From assembly GCA_017509755.1 (NCBI GenBank), contig JAFWOY010000027.1, positions 1,983 through 65,982 of the forward strand: a DNA stretch of 64,000 bases. Reading direction: 5' to 3'. Source of the DNA: Bacteroidales bacterium (GTDB lineage Bacteria; Bacteroidota; Bacteroidia; Bacteroidales; UBA932). Below the pieces are notes generated by a model. The model saw only the letters and a list, made by a program, of their open reading frames with translations, was not told where the DNA came from and ran no database searches. Positions 25,539-34,642 of the stretch are shown piece after piece. Position numbers and translations under genes: made by a program. Each line of letters starts with the position of its first letter. The first letter of the stretch is position 1.

Positions 25539-28500
25539 TTAACCAATATTAAACAATGTATCCCCCAACTCTTCCAGCAGTGAATCGCGCGTATAGCCCA
25601 TTCTAGTCAGCATCGCATCCAGTTCCGAAAGTGTACATCCCTTGCTGCCGGGATCGAAGAGTTTCTCACATTCGCTGATAGCCGTACGAAGACGCATCGA
25701 AATCTTACTGCCGCCATTTTCCCCGGCACGGGCGATATCGCGCGGGTTGATGTAATTCTTGAATTGCTTCATGCCCTGCCGGAGTCCTTCCATATATTTG
25801 TTGACGGCTTCCGAACGGAGCGTCAGACGTTCGGTCTCATCCAGGACATTCTCGGCCTGCTTCAGAAGGGAATCTCCCTCCCTGAACCACTCTTTTCCCT
25901 TGTAGGTAACGGCATCCGCCACCTTTTTCGGATCGGACAGTTGCATATGCACCTTCTGGGGATCCATCAGGATGTCGATATCCTTTCCGTAGCTTTCAGG
26001 ATGGTTCAGCACATCTTCGATGTTGGTCTGGTCGATGGATTTGGCAAACTTGTTGGACAGTTCTGCACTCTTGCTCCGGAAGCCCAAGCCCGCATCCGCA
26101 ATCTGATGGTTGTAGATCTGGGTGGTCATATTCTGGTCGAAATACACCTTTTCTCCCTTCGCATTGCGGTAGAAATAGGTGACGTCCCGGTCGATGGTGA
26201 CCTTCTTGCCTTTCCGCATCAGGTCCAGGTCGGCATTCTTGCTCGCATTGAATACCTCAATCCGATCGGCAGGGATTCCGTAGATCTGGCTCAGTGTCTT
26301 CTTGGCATTGAGGTCCGCTTTCGCGTACATTTCCCCCAGCGTCTCATTCAATTCTTTGCGGGTAAGGTCCAAGGAATCGTCCGCATAGTTCTGGAGCAGA
26401 TACATCGCCTGCTTGTTTTTCTGGCATTTGATGACCAGCTGGTTCTTCAGCTTCAGGTTCTCGGGACTCATCGGATTCATGTGGTACAGTTCCACAGCCG
26501 CCTGTAAGTCCTTGACATCCTGCAGCGCACGCTTCCGGCCGTAATCCACCGCATCGTCCAGCGGATTCGGCGTTTTCTGGGACTTGACCAGGTCCATGAA
26601 CTGGTCTGCATTCCGGCTGGCGGCATCCATGGCATTCTTCGAATTCTGGATGGCGTTCTTGGTGACCTTTCCTTTGATGGAACTGAAGAACTCACCGGCC
26701 TCCGCCTTCATCTCCTGGAAGGCGTCTTTCAGGCTATCCTTAGTAATACCGGCCTTGGCGGCCATCTCCCCCACCTTCTTCATTCCGAAGGCCATTCCCT
26801 TCTCCATCAGATACTCCCGGCCAACAATCTTGGCGCCGACGCAGAAACCGCCCCAAACGCTGTCACCGCCCTTGTCCACATATTCCTTCATGCTCCGCGC
26901 TACCTCCAGGGTCGTGAAGACGACATCCGCACAACCCAAAGTAGCCACACCCAAGGCGAGACGGCTGAAGAAGCCCATGGAATCTTCGACCTCTTTCGCT
27001 TTGTCGAAGAAACAGGAGACAAACAGGAGCACCTCATCCGCAATCGTCAGCGGCTTGACGTCTCCGTTGGCCCCGAAACTCTCTCCGGAAACGACACCGT
27101 TGAAGATCCGCTTCACGGTCTCGACCTGCTGGGGATCGTAACCATAGTCGGCACTGTAGCCGTCCACGATCGTATCGATGAACTTGTCGAGCGAGAAGAG
27201 CTGCCGGTACATGTTCAGATAATGGATCTGGCTCTGGATATGAACCAACTGCTCGGAAATGTGCTGATCCCGTTTGAGGGCCTCCATATATTCCGATGTC
27301 GGCAGGTCACGCCGGGGCTGGGAACACAACAGGACGTCCGCATACCCATAATAATCACGCCCGTTGAAGGAAGTCTTCAACATGATCTGGGCCTTGATGC
27401 GGGAAGGAGCGTCAAGCGTGGCCTGGCAGCAGCGGAAGAAACAGAGCCGGGCCCGGTCTTCGATTGTTCCACTGCTTACGTCACACTGGATGGCAAGTTT
27501 GTCCACCATATCCTGCTTGGTGTCATCCAAGGCCACAATCTTGTAGTCAGTCGGGACTGGCGCAATCTCAAGTACCTTGTGCTCATTCTCGTCATAATCA
27601 AAGAGCGTAATCCGGGCCTTGGTCTCGGCGGGCACATAGGTTTTCCCGTCCATGCCTTTCGCGGCAAAACGCCGGGTCTGGTGCCGCGAGGGGTCATATT
27701 CCTCTATAAAACACTTGACCTCATAAATGCCAGCCAGTGCAAGACCCATCTGGAAGCGCAATACTTCCAGCTCGTTCTCGATGGCGCTCCCCTTGCCGCT
27801 CCGGGCCGTCACTTTCAGGGAGTAGCGCTCGAATTCACCAGGCATCAGGGTCGGAACTTTCTCTCCCGGCTTTGGAGGAATAAATTTCTCTGTTATGATA
27901 GCCTCGTGCAGTCGTGTCTCCTTGTTCCACGTCGTTTTCACTTCATAGCGCCCACCCGGAATTACTGCTTTGACCTGGGCTTCCTCATCCATGCCGACAA
28001 CCAGGAACGGCAAATGGATGGGTTTGTCGTACCCCACGGGAATTGTCAGGTTATCCTGGCCGAAGACAATCGCCCCGGCCCTGATTTTGAAATGCACGTG
28101 GTTCGTATAGGATCCTTTCCCACCGGCCAGCCGGAAGGTTACGACACCTTCTTCCGGTGCTTTGTCCGTCTCCGGGGCAACGACATCTGCGGCTTTCCAT
28201 CCTTCATGAAGTGCCGCGTGGGGAGAGACTTGCAGATAATTGTCGCCCGTGACGGTCAACATGGAAGTCAGCTGAAGGTCGGGCGTCTCTTCGCCCTGTG
28301 ACGGAATCTTCACGATCTGGGCATAGACCTGACGAGGCCCGTTGCCGGGAATGAGCGTATCGCCAAACTCCTTGTACATCCGCATCGCATAACGGACAGC
28401 CGGCTGATTGTCTTCTTCCTCTTCTTCTTCCGGTTCTTGATTGCCGGCATCTCCGTCGTCCGATGGCGCGGCCCGGCGTTTTCTCCGTCTGCGGATTGCA

Positions 28501-29186
28501 ATGCCTGTTATACCGGCGATGACAGCAGCCGGGATGACGTAATCCATCCATCCTTCCCATTCGAAAGCTTTGTTGTCTTCCTCGAATTGGCTGTTCCCCT
28601 CGTCCTCGCCAACACCATGTTTCTTCTTTCCAAAGCCCAAGGGCGACTTGGTTTCTTTTTGGGGTTTCGAATCCGCATTCTGATCGACCTTGTAATCGAT
28701 CATGACAGCCACACCGCCACCCATGGGAGCCCAGTCGATACCGCCTGTACTGGAAAAGCCGAGTTGGACGCTCACCGCTTCCGCCCCATCAGGCACCGTA
28801 TAACTGGTCGACAACGACGGAAGTGTTCCATGGGGGCCGTCTTCGCTCCTGCTGGCAGGCGTTTCTTCCCAGTAATGACTTCCTTTCATTACCACCGAGA
28901 CCGTGATATGTGCCTCGTTGGCGCCTATCCCGTCTTCATCGGAGTAGCCTCCCAAAGCTTTCATACTTAGGGTGATGGTTTCCCCCGGCTTGATGGTTCC
29001 TTCATATTTCTTGAAGTTGGATTCGTGGTCCAGGAAATCATTCACAAACTCGAACTTGCCGCCCTTGAAAGAAAAGGAGGCTTTGGCTTTGTTGGATTCC
29101 AACGTCACGCTGTCAGCCTTCGCGGCAGGAGCACAGCATAGCCAGGCGGCAAGGCAAAGGACGGTGATGAGAACCTTATTTCGCAT
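25539..29186 (-). CDS. Giant type-I membrane protein (1215 aa), function unknown
   Basis: Signal peptide MRNKVLITVLCLAAWLCCAPAAKA and a ~190-aa external domain. TM helix YVIPAAVIAGITGIAI followed by RRRRKRR and EPEEEEEED. Beta-rich middle region. The C-terminal ~510 aa are paralogous to the C-terminus of the 1155-aa protein. Confidence 0.75.
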   Translation of the reverse strand: MRNKVLITVLCLAAWLCCAPAAKADSVTLESNKAKASFSFKGGKFEFVNDFLDHESNFKKYEGTIKPGETITLSMKALGGYSDEDGIGANEAHITVSVVMKGSHYWEETPASRSEDGPHGTLPSLSTSYTVPDGAEAVSVQLGFSSTGGIDWAPMGGGVAVMIDYKVDQNADSKPQKETKSPLGFGKKKHGVGEDEGNSQFEEDNKAFEWEGWMDYVIPAAVIAGITGIAIRRRRKRRAAPSDDGDAGNQEPEEEEEEDNQPAVRYAMRMYKEFGDTLIPGNGPRQVYAQIVKIPSQGEETPDLQLTSMLTVTGDNYLQVSPHAALHEGWKAADVVAPETDKAPEEGVVTFRLAGGKGSYTNHVHFKIRAGAIVFGQDNLTIPVGYDKPIHLPFLVVGMDEEAQVKAVIPGGRYEVKTTWNKETRLHEAIITEKFIPPKPGEKVPTLMPGEFERYSLKVTARSGKGSAIENELEVLRFQMGLALAGIYEVKCFIEEYDPSRHQTRRFAAKGMDGKTYVPAETKARITLFDYDENEHKVLEIAPVPTDYKIVALDDTKQDMVDKLAIQCDVSSGTIEDRARLCFFRCCQATLDAPSRIKAQIMLKTSFNGRDYYGYADVLLCSQPRRDLPTSEYMEALKRDQHISEQLVHIQSQIHYLNMYRQLFSLDKFIDTIVDGYSADYGYDPQQVETVKRIFNGVVSGESFGANGDVKPLTIADEVLLFVSCFFDKAKEVEDSMGFFSRLALGVATLGCADVVFTTLEVARSMKEYVDKGGDSVWGGFCVGAKIVGREYLMEKGMAFGMKKVGEMAAKAGITKDSLKDAFQEMKAEAGEFFSSIKGKVTKNAIQNSKNAMDAASRNADQFMDLVKSQKTPNPLDDAVDYGRKRALQDVKDLQAAVELYHMNPMSPENLKLKNQLVIKCQKNKQAMYLLQNYADDSLDLTRKELNETLGEMYAKADLNAKKTLSQIYGIPADRIEVFNASKNADLDLMRKGKKVTIDRDVTYFYRNAKGEKVYFDQNMTTQIYNHQIADAGLGFRSKSAELSNKFAKSIDQTNIEDVLNHPESYGKDIDILMDPQKVHMQLSDPKKVADAVTYKGKEWFREGDSLLKQAENVLDETERLTLRSEAVNKYMEGLRQGMKQFKNYINPRDIARAGENGGSKISMRLRTAISECEKLFDPGSKGCTLSELDAMLTRMGYTRDSLLEELGDTLFNIG

Positions 29187-29790
29187 TTTTGCAGCGGGAT
29201 TTAATGAAATCGTACACGAAGTCGAAATCTTCTTCCGGTACGTAGATCTGGTTTTTGTTCAGCAATTGGTTGACCTTGATCAGATGGAGTGAACGACGGG
29301 GTATAACGCGGCGGACATGGGCATACTCGGACGTGCTGGAGGTCTTGCCGGAGGCCAGAAGACCCGCGCCTGCTGCCGTCGGTTTCTTTGCAGCGAGACC
29401 TACCAGCGTGGTAATCAGACTGATTGCCTGTGCCTTCTTGACTTGACGCGGCAACTGGATGTGTTTGATCTCCTGCTCGTCCATCTCAAACAGGACGACA
29501 TACTTTCCTCCATAGAGGAGCGCCAGGAACAGGACTCCCAGCAACGTCAGTCCCGCCATGATCGCGAGCGCGACCAGCATGCCTTTGCTCATATCGAGAA
29601 AGCCTTCGAAATCGCCGTGGATGAGATACAGGAATGTACCGAAAATCAGCCATCCCGCAAGGATGATGTATAAGAAAATCTTGAATACGGTCAGGAAGAT
29701 AGTGGGATTCGTGAGCATGTTCATCTCGTAGACCCAGCGGTATTTGCCGTCATCGCAAAGACGGACGCGGGCATCATCGTTTTGCTTCAT
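29176..29790 (-). CDS. Small membrane protein with two TM helices (204 aa), function unknown
   Basis: TM1 NPTIFLTVFKIFLYIILAGWLIFGTFLYLI and TM2 MLVALAIMAGLTLLGVLFLALLY. The soluble C-terminal ~90 aa may be bacterial-PH/YcxB-like (low confidence). The start shares 1 nt with the upstream stop (TAATG), and the stop overlaps the next start by 11 nt. Confidence 0.65.
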   Translation of the reverse strand: MKQNDDARVRLCDDGKYRWVYEMNMLTNPTIFLTVFKIFLYIILAGWLIFGTFLYLIHGDFEGFLDMSKGMLVALAIMAGLTLLGVLFLALLYGGKYVVLFEMDEQEIKHIQLPRQVKKAQAISLITTLVGLAAKKPTAAGAGLLASGKTSSTSEYAHVRRVIPRRSLHLIKVNQLLNKNQIYVPEEDFDFVYDFIKSRCKNAK

Positions 29791-32700
29791 TACTTGCCGG
29801 AAGGATTAAAATTAGGATTGAATTCTCGGATCAGGTCGTTCACGACCTGCATGGCGTCTTTGCCGCCCGTATCCCGCTGGATTTCGCGGTTCAGGCGATG
29901 GATTTCCGTCGGATTGCTGGTCTCTTTACCGATTCTGCCCAGTTTCTTGCTCATGTCCTGCCAGTATTCGATATCACCGGCAATCCTTTCAGCTTCCTTT
30001 GCATTGGAGGCGTTCTTGAGTTCCTGTTTCAGTTTCGGAACGAGCATGTTGTCGATTTCCTTGGTAGATTCGCGGCATTTGGCCTGCATCTTCGTCGTCT
30101 CGGTCATCCGGATATTACCCTCGATGGTATTGACCTTTGATTCAAGCACCTTGCCGATGCTGGCGATGTCCTCCGCCTTCAGTTTCGAGTAATCCACATC
30201 TTTCTTCAGCAGTTCCGGCGTACTGTACGCCTCGGGATGGGCGGACGTAGTCAGGTTCATTTCGGAAGCCTTGGCGCTGAGGCCCTCATGCTGCTGCTTA
30301 TAAACCGTATTCATTGTCTTCTGGGCGTCATTCATGAATTCCCGGGCAGTCACCTGTTCGCCGTTCTTGTAGAACACGGGCTCCTTGCCGGTGCTTTTGG
30401 AAACAGGAGCCAGGTCGAGATCCATACTGGAAGAACCGGAACTCGACGAGTTGCGGAACTGTTTGAACTCGATGTCGCTCATATCATATCCCTGTTTGGC
30501 AAGCGATTCGGACATCTTCGGCGTCATTTCCCGGTAATTCGACTGGACGGCCTGGTCGAAATGCGCCCGCTGCATGGGCGTGGCCTTGTATTTCATATAC
30601 CACTTGGCGTGATAGTCTGAATTCATCGAAGCCGCCAGTTGGTTGATCTGCTTCCGGGTAGCGTCCAGGGTAGCCTGCGGTGTCTTCTTGTCCGCCAGCA
30701 TCGTAATATATTCGTCGTTCAGTTTCGAGAAAGATTTGACGGCATCTTCCGCCTCCAACCGTTCGCGCTGGGTGCGCAGCACATCGAGTTTCTGCCTGCC
30801 CGTGCTGGACATGCCTTTGGTCAGATTGAAATTCACGATACCGTCGGGCAGGAAAGCGGAGGCCGTCTTCGCAACACCTGTTGCAGCGATTTCCATCCCC
30901 TTCCCGATCAGGTAATCCATACCGGCTTTCTTGGTCCCTTCCCAGATCTTTTCATAGGTTGACATCCCTTCGGTCCCTTCAGCGGTATAGCCTTCAATGA
31001 AAGAGGCGATGCCGCCTGTGACCGGATGGAAATAGCCCGCCGCCGAAGATGCTGCCTTGCCGGGGCCGCCGGCGATGTAGCCGGTCACACCGCCATAGAC
31101 GGCACCGACGGCGCGGGAACCCCAGATGGTAGCCGCGGTACCGGCACCGTAAGCGCCGGCCAGCGCTTCGCCGGCCAGACCGACGGTGATGGAACCGCAT
31201 GCCATGATCACAGCGTTGGCGCCCGCCTCTTTCAGGTCAGCCCATGCGACTTCGTCCTGGGCTTCAGCCTGAACCTTCAATTCGTGGCCCAGAATCTGGT
31301 TGTTGAAGGCATTAGCCAGTTTGCGCGCTTTCTCGATATCACCCGAGGCCAACGCACCGTCTTCATAGAACATCTTTTCAGCCCGATCGCGGGCAGCATC
31401 CCGGTCTTCTTCCGGCAGTAAGTTGATCTGCCGGTCGATAATGGCCGCCGCCTTCTTGGTCTGGATGTAGCGTTCGGCTTCCACCTTTGAATCGTGGATC
31501 ATTTTGGCGTTGGCATACTGTTCGAATTCCGTACGCGTGTGGACGAACTGCCCTGTCTGCAGCTGACGGATGTTGTCGCGTTCACTCTGAATATCGGAAC
31601 GCTGATACATGATGCGCCGGTTGTAGTCGTCGATCTCCTGCTGGATCCATTGGCGCTCCTGTGCAGTCTTGGCGGATGACAAGCGCCGCATCGCGTTGCT
31701 CCTTCCCTCTTCATCGCGCCGGATATTGTTCTCGATGAGCTTGATGTTCTCTTCGCGCCAGGCAATGGATTCCTGTTTAGATTTCTCTTCGAAAGCCAGC
31801 GAGTCCTGCACCTGCTGCTTGCGGGCTGACGCCTGGTCGAAAGCTGCCTGCGCGGCCTGGGTATCGGCGCCGGAATCATCTGCTTCATCGTTTTTCTTCT
31901 TCCGGTTGCCACCCAGCCGGAGTTTCGGCAGATTCTTGGCATTGGCAGCTTCAATGACTGCCTGTTTCTTGAAGGCTTCCTCCAGATCGTCGATCAGCTT
32001 GTGCGGGACGACACCGTCGTCTTTCCAATCATAGCTGTTGAACTTGTCCTCCATAGCCCAAAGGAGCGCGGTCTTGAAAAAGACACCGGCACGCAGGACA
32101 CGATTCCCGTAATGCGCGGCCATCTCATGGTATTTCTCTTTGCGCGCCGCATAATTCGGATTCTCTTTCCGTTCCTCGTCCGAGACATACGAGGTCTCGT
32201 ACTGCCGCATCAGGTTCATCGTCATCATCGTGAGGGCCATGGCCGGCGGTCTCGGATAATAGGTCTGGAAAGTGCCGTCCGACTTGAAATCCGGCATCAG
32301 ATTGCCCTTGTCGCTGAAATACATCTGCTCGATCTTGACATTGCCCACGCCTTGCGGGTCGTTTTCCTTGTCCTCGACCGGGATCCCGTCTTCCTTCAGT
32401 TCCAGTACGAAATAGCGGTCCTCCCCTTTCACCTTCACCTTCATCAGGTAGCGCATCATCGGCTCGGTGAGCGCATCCAGGCCTTCCACCTGATGCTCCT
32501 TGTCGATGCGCGTACCCATCCAGGTTTCGCCCAGATAGATTTCCTTGGGCTTGAAGGCCCGGCGGTAGCGGTCACGGGCTGCCTGACGTGCCTCGAACGG
32601 ATTGGGCGGATTGCCCAGCGCCAGGATGCGGTTGGCCAACTCGTCCATCGCCGCCTCCAGTTGCTTGAGCGTACCCGTATAAAGTTTGGCCTGGAACATC

Positions 32701-33257
32701 GCGGAACTGAAAGCTTCCTTGTCCTCCCATCCCATCGCCTCGGCCGCATCAAAAGAGAGGAGTTCCACGTTCGACACACTGTTCAGGTAGCTCTCGCGGG
32801 CCACGATGAACTGGCTCAGGAGTGGTGTCAGTTTGTTCATGTAGTCGATGATCTCCTGGGTCGGATTGTCAAAGAGCGGCGCCCACATCTTCATGAACTG
32901 CTCCGCATCCTTTTCGCTCATCTCGCCGTAGATGATGCGCAGGCATTCGAATGCCACGGACACGGCCATATTGTATTCGATCGTCGAGATCTTGGACACG
33001 TCCGGCAGCGGGGCCGGAATAACGGCCTTGACGCCTTCCGGCAGTTTGACCGGTTCGGTAGAGACAGTTTCCCAAGGCGTGCCGTCGGTCTTCTGGTTTT
33101 CCTTGGCATAAGGGTCGTCGGCATTGAACTTGACCGTTGCCGTCTTGAGGGAAGGCATCTTCAGGTTCAGTTTCTTTTTGCTCTGCGCCAAGGACGGATT
33201 CACGGAAATCACAAAAAGCGCCAGCAGCACAGAAAGTACGGAGAAGAGTCGTTTCAT
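29790..33257 (-). CDS. Giant secreted/membrane protein (1155 aa) with coiled-coil region and glycine-zipper segment, function unknown
   Basis: Signal peptide MKRLFSVLSVLLALFVISVNPSLAQ. Long Glu/Arg/Gln-rich helical stretch (res ~470-670). Gly-zipper GAYGAGTAATIWGSRAVGAVYGGVTGYIAGGPG. The C-terminal module is paralogous to the 1215-aa protein. Confidence 0.75.
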   Translation of the reverse strand: MKRLFSVLSVLLALFVISVNPSLAQSKKKLNLKMPSLKTATVKFNADDPYAKENQKTDGTPWETVSTEPVKLPEGVKAVIPAPLPDVSKISTIEYNMAVSVAFECLRIIYGEMSEKDAEQFMKMWAPLFDNPTQEIIDYMNKLTPLLSQFIVARESYLNSVSNVELLSFDAAEAMGWEDKEAFSSAMFQAKLYTGTLKQLEAAMDELANRILALGNPPNPFEARQAARDRYRRAFKPKEIYLGETWMGTRIDKEHQVEGLDALTEPMMRYLMKVKVKGEDRYFVLELKEDGIPVEDKENDPQGVGNVKIEQMYFSDKGNLMPDFKSDGTFQTYYPRPPAMALTMMTMNLMRQYETSYVSDEERKENPNYAARKEKYHEMAAHYGNRVLRAGVFFKTALLWAMEDKFNSYDWKDDGVVPHKLIDDLEEAFKKQAVIEAANAKNLPKLRLGGNRKKKNDEADDSGADTQAAQAAFDQASARKQQVQDSLAFEEKSKQESIAWREENIKLIENNIRRDEEGRSNAMRRLSSAKTAQERQWIQQEIDDYNRRIMYQRSDIQSERDNIRQLQTGQFVHTRTEFEQYANAKMIHDSKVEAERYIQTKKAAAIIDRQINLLPEEDRDAARDRAEKMFYEDGALASGDIEKARKLANAFNNQILGHELKVQAEAQDEVAWADLKEAGANAVIMACGSITVGLAGEALAGAYGAGTAATIWGSRAVGAVYGGVTGYIAGGPGKAASSAAGYFHPVTGGIASFIEGYTAEGTEGMSTYEKIWEGTKKAGMDYLIGKGMEIAATGVAKTASAFLPDGIVNFNLTKGMSSTGRQKLDVLRTQRERLEAEDAVKSFSKLNDEYITMLADKKTPQATLDATRKQINQLAASMNSDYHAKWYMKYKATPMQRAHFDQAVQSNYREMTPKMSESLAKQGYDMSDIEFKQFRNSSSSGSSSMDLDLAPVSKSTGKEPVFYKNGEQVTAREFMNDAQKTMNTVYKQQHEGLSAKASEMNLTTSAHPEAYSTPELLKKDVDYSKLKAEDIASIGKVLESKVNTIEGNIRMTETTKMQAKCRESTKEIDNMLVPKLKQELKNASNAKEAERIAGDIEYWQDMSKKLGRIGKETSNPTEIHRLNREIQRDTGGKDAMQVVNDLIREFNPNFNPSGK

Positions 33258-33282
33258 GGGTGAGGATGAAGGAATGGTTTCT

Positions 33283-33290
33283 CAAAGTTA
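33283..33290 (-). promoter_or_regulatory. Candidate -7 element (TAACTTTG on minus strand) for the 1155-aa gene
   Basis: The plus strand reads CAAAGTTA, 25 nt upstream of ATG 33257 and directly after the potD terminator T-run. Confidence 0.4.
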
Positions 33291-33291
33291 C

Positions 33292-33324
33292 AAAAAAAAG
33301 ATATTCAACGGGATTGAATATCTT
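33292..33324 (-). terminator. Rho-independent-type terminator after potD
   Basis: The minus strand reads AAGATATTCAA-tcccg-TTGAATATCTT followed by a T run (plus-strand A8 at 33292-33299), 23 nt after the potD stop. The stem is AT-rich (2 GC pairs), so its strength is uncertain. Confidence 0.45.
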
Positions 33325-33346
33325 TCTTTCTACAGAAGATGTCCGG

Positions 33347-34642
33347 CTACCGGTGCGACGTTTTCTTGCGGCGGCGTTTACGGCTCTTGTTGCTGAAGAC
33401 GATGGCAGCGATGATGGCCAGCAGCGCCAGGACGATGATGACGTAGGTCATGCCGCTGGCATTGTCGCCTTTCACGCGCGACCACATGGCTAAAAGCTTG
33501 TCGGTATCCTTGCCCCAATCGTGCTCCAAGGCGCAGCGGTCAATGACGGCTTTATCCGGATAGAGCACCGGATTGACGCAGACGCTGGCGGCCTGTTCCC
33601 CGAAGAAATAACTCAAGTCGATCGGATCGTATTGTTCGTCAATCTGTGATTCAAGCACCTCGTAAGCACCGTTGGCAGAAACATACCCGGTACCGTCCAT
33701 GTTGCGGATGGCAATGTCGGGGCGGCACATGAAACTGATGAAATACGTAGCGGCCTTGACATTCTTGGCATATTTGGGAATCACCCAGCCATCGAACCAC
33801 ACATTGCTGCCTTCGTCCGGCACAATGTAGTCAAGCGATACGCCAACCTCGGCAGCTTCCTCGATAGCCCAGACGGCATCGCCGCTCCAGTTGAGCGAGA
33901 CAACGCCGCGGCCTTTCGTCATCTGGTCTTTGCCGAAATCAGCTTCCCAGCCCAAAACGCCCGGTTTGACTTCTTTCAAGAAGGACTCGACGGCGGCGAT
34001 GGACGCGTCCGACGAATCATGCATGAGTTCCTGCAAGGTAACCTTTCCTTCTTTGAGCTCCTGTTGTTTCAGGTAGATCAACACAGGGCCATAGACATCG
34101 CGCGGCGCATCCTTGATGAGGATCTGACCGGCGAATTTCGGGTTGCGGATTACATTCCAAGTGCCGGCTTCTTCCGCCGTAACTTTCTCGGTGTTGTAGA
34201 TGATGCCGGATGTGCCCCACATGTACGCGACAGAGTAGTCATTCGCGTTGATTGTTGGATTGATCTCGTCAAAGACGCCTTTGATGTACGGCGACTTGTT
34301 CAACTCGATATAATTGATCTCGTCGGGAAGCGACGCGAAATCCAGCGGAAGCAGCAGCCCTTCATTGAGCATACGTTCGATGATATAATCGGACGGGCAG
34401 ACCACATCATAGTCTTCATGCCCCTTCTCGATCTTCGAGAGCATCGTCTCGTTGACATCAAAGGTCTGATAGACGATCTTGATATCCTCGCCCGTCTGGG
34501 CCTTGTACCAGGCTTCAAACTCGGGGAGGACCGACTCGTCGATGTAGTCCGACCAGTTGTAAACTTTCAGGACCTGGTCGCGGTTTGCGCTGCACGACAG
34601 CAGGACGGTCGAAAGTGCCGCCAGAATCAGGAATTTCTTCAT
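33347..34642 (-). CDS. potD: Spermidine/putrescine ABC transporter substrate-binding lipoprotein with extra C-terminal TM anchor
   Basis: Lipobox LLSC. PotD/PotF-like pattern (VYNWSDYIDESVLPEFE..., WGTSGIIYN, WSGDAVWAI). Last in the potABCD order. The C-terminal tail is MTYVIIVLALLAIIAAIVFSNKSRKRRRKK. Confidence 0.8.
   Translation of the reverse strand: MKKFLILAALSTVLLSCSANRDQVLKVYNWSDYIDESVLPEFEAWYKAQTGEDIKIVYQTFDVNETMLSKIEKGHEDYDVVCPSDYIIERMLNEGLLLPLDFASLPDEINYIELNKSPYIKGVFDEINPTINANDYSVAYMWGTSGIIYNTEKVTAEEAGTWNVIRNPKFAGQILIKDAPRDVYGPVLIYLKQQELKEGKVTLQELMHDSSDASIAAVESFLKEVKPGVLGWEADFGKDQMTKGRGVVSLNWSGDAVWAIEEAAEVGVSLDYIVPDEGSNVWFDGWVIPKYAKNVKAATYFISFMCRPDIAIRNMDGTGYVSANGAYEVLESQIDEQYDPIDLSYFFGEQAASVCVNPVLYPDKAVIDRCALEHDWGKDTDKLLAMWSRVKGDNASGMTYVIIVLALLAIIAAIVFSNKSRKRRRKKTSHR

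Noticed and set aside
28410-28433. GAA/GAG-rich run as a possible microsatellite or slippage tract.
   Set aside because: It has mixed codons (ttcttcctcttcttcttcc on the plus strand), is in frame, and encodes an acidic linker. It is not a perfect tandem repeat.
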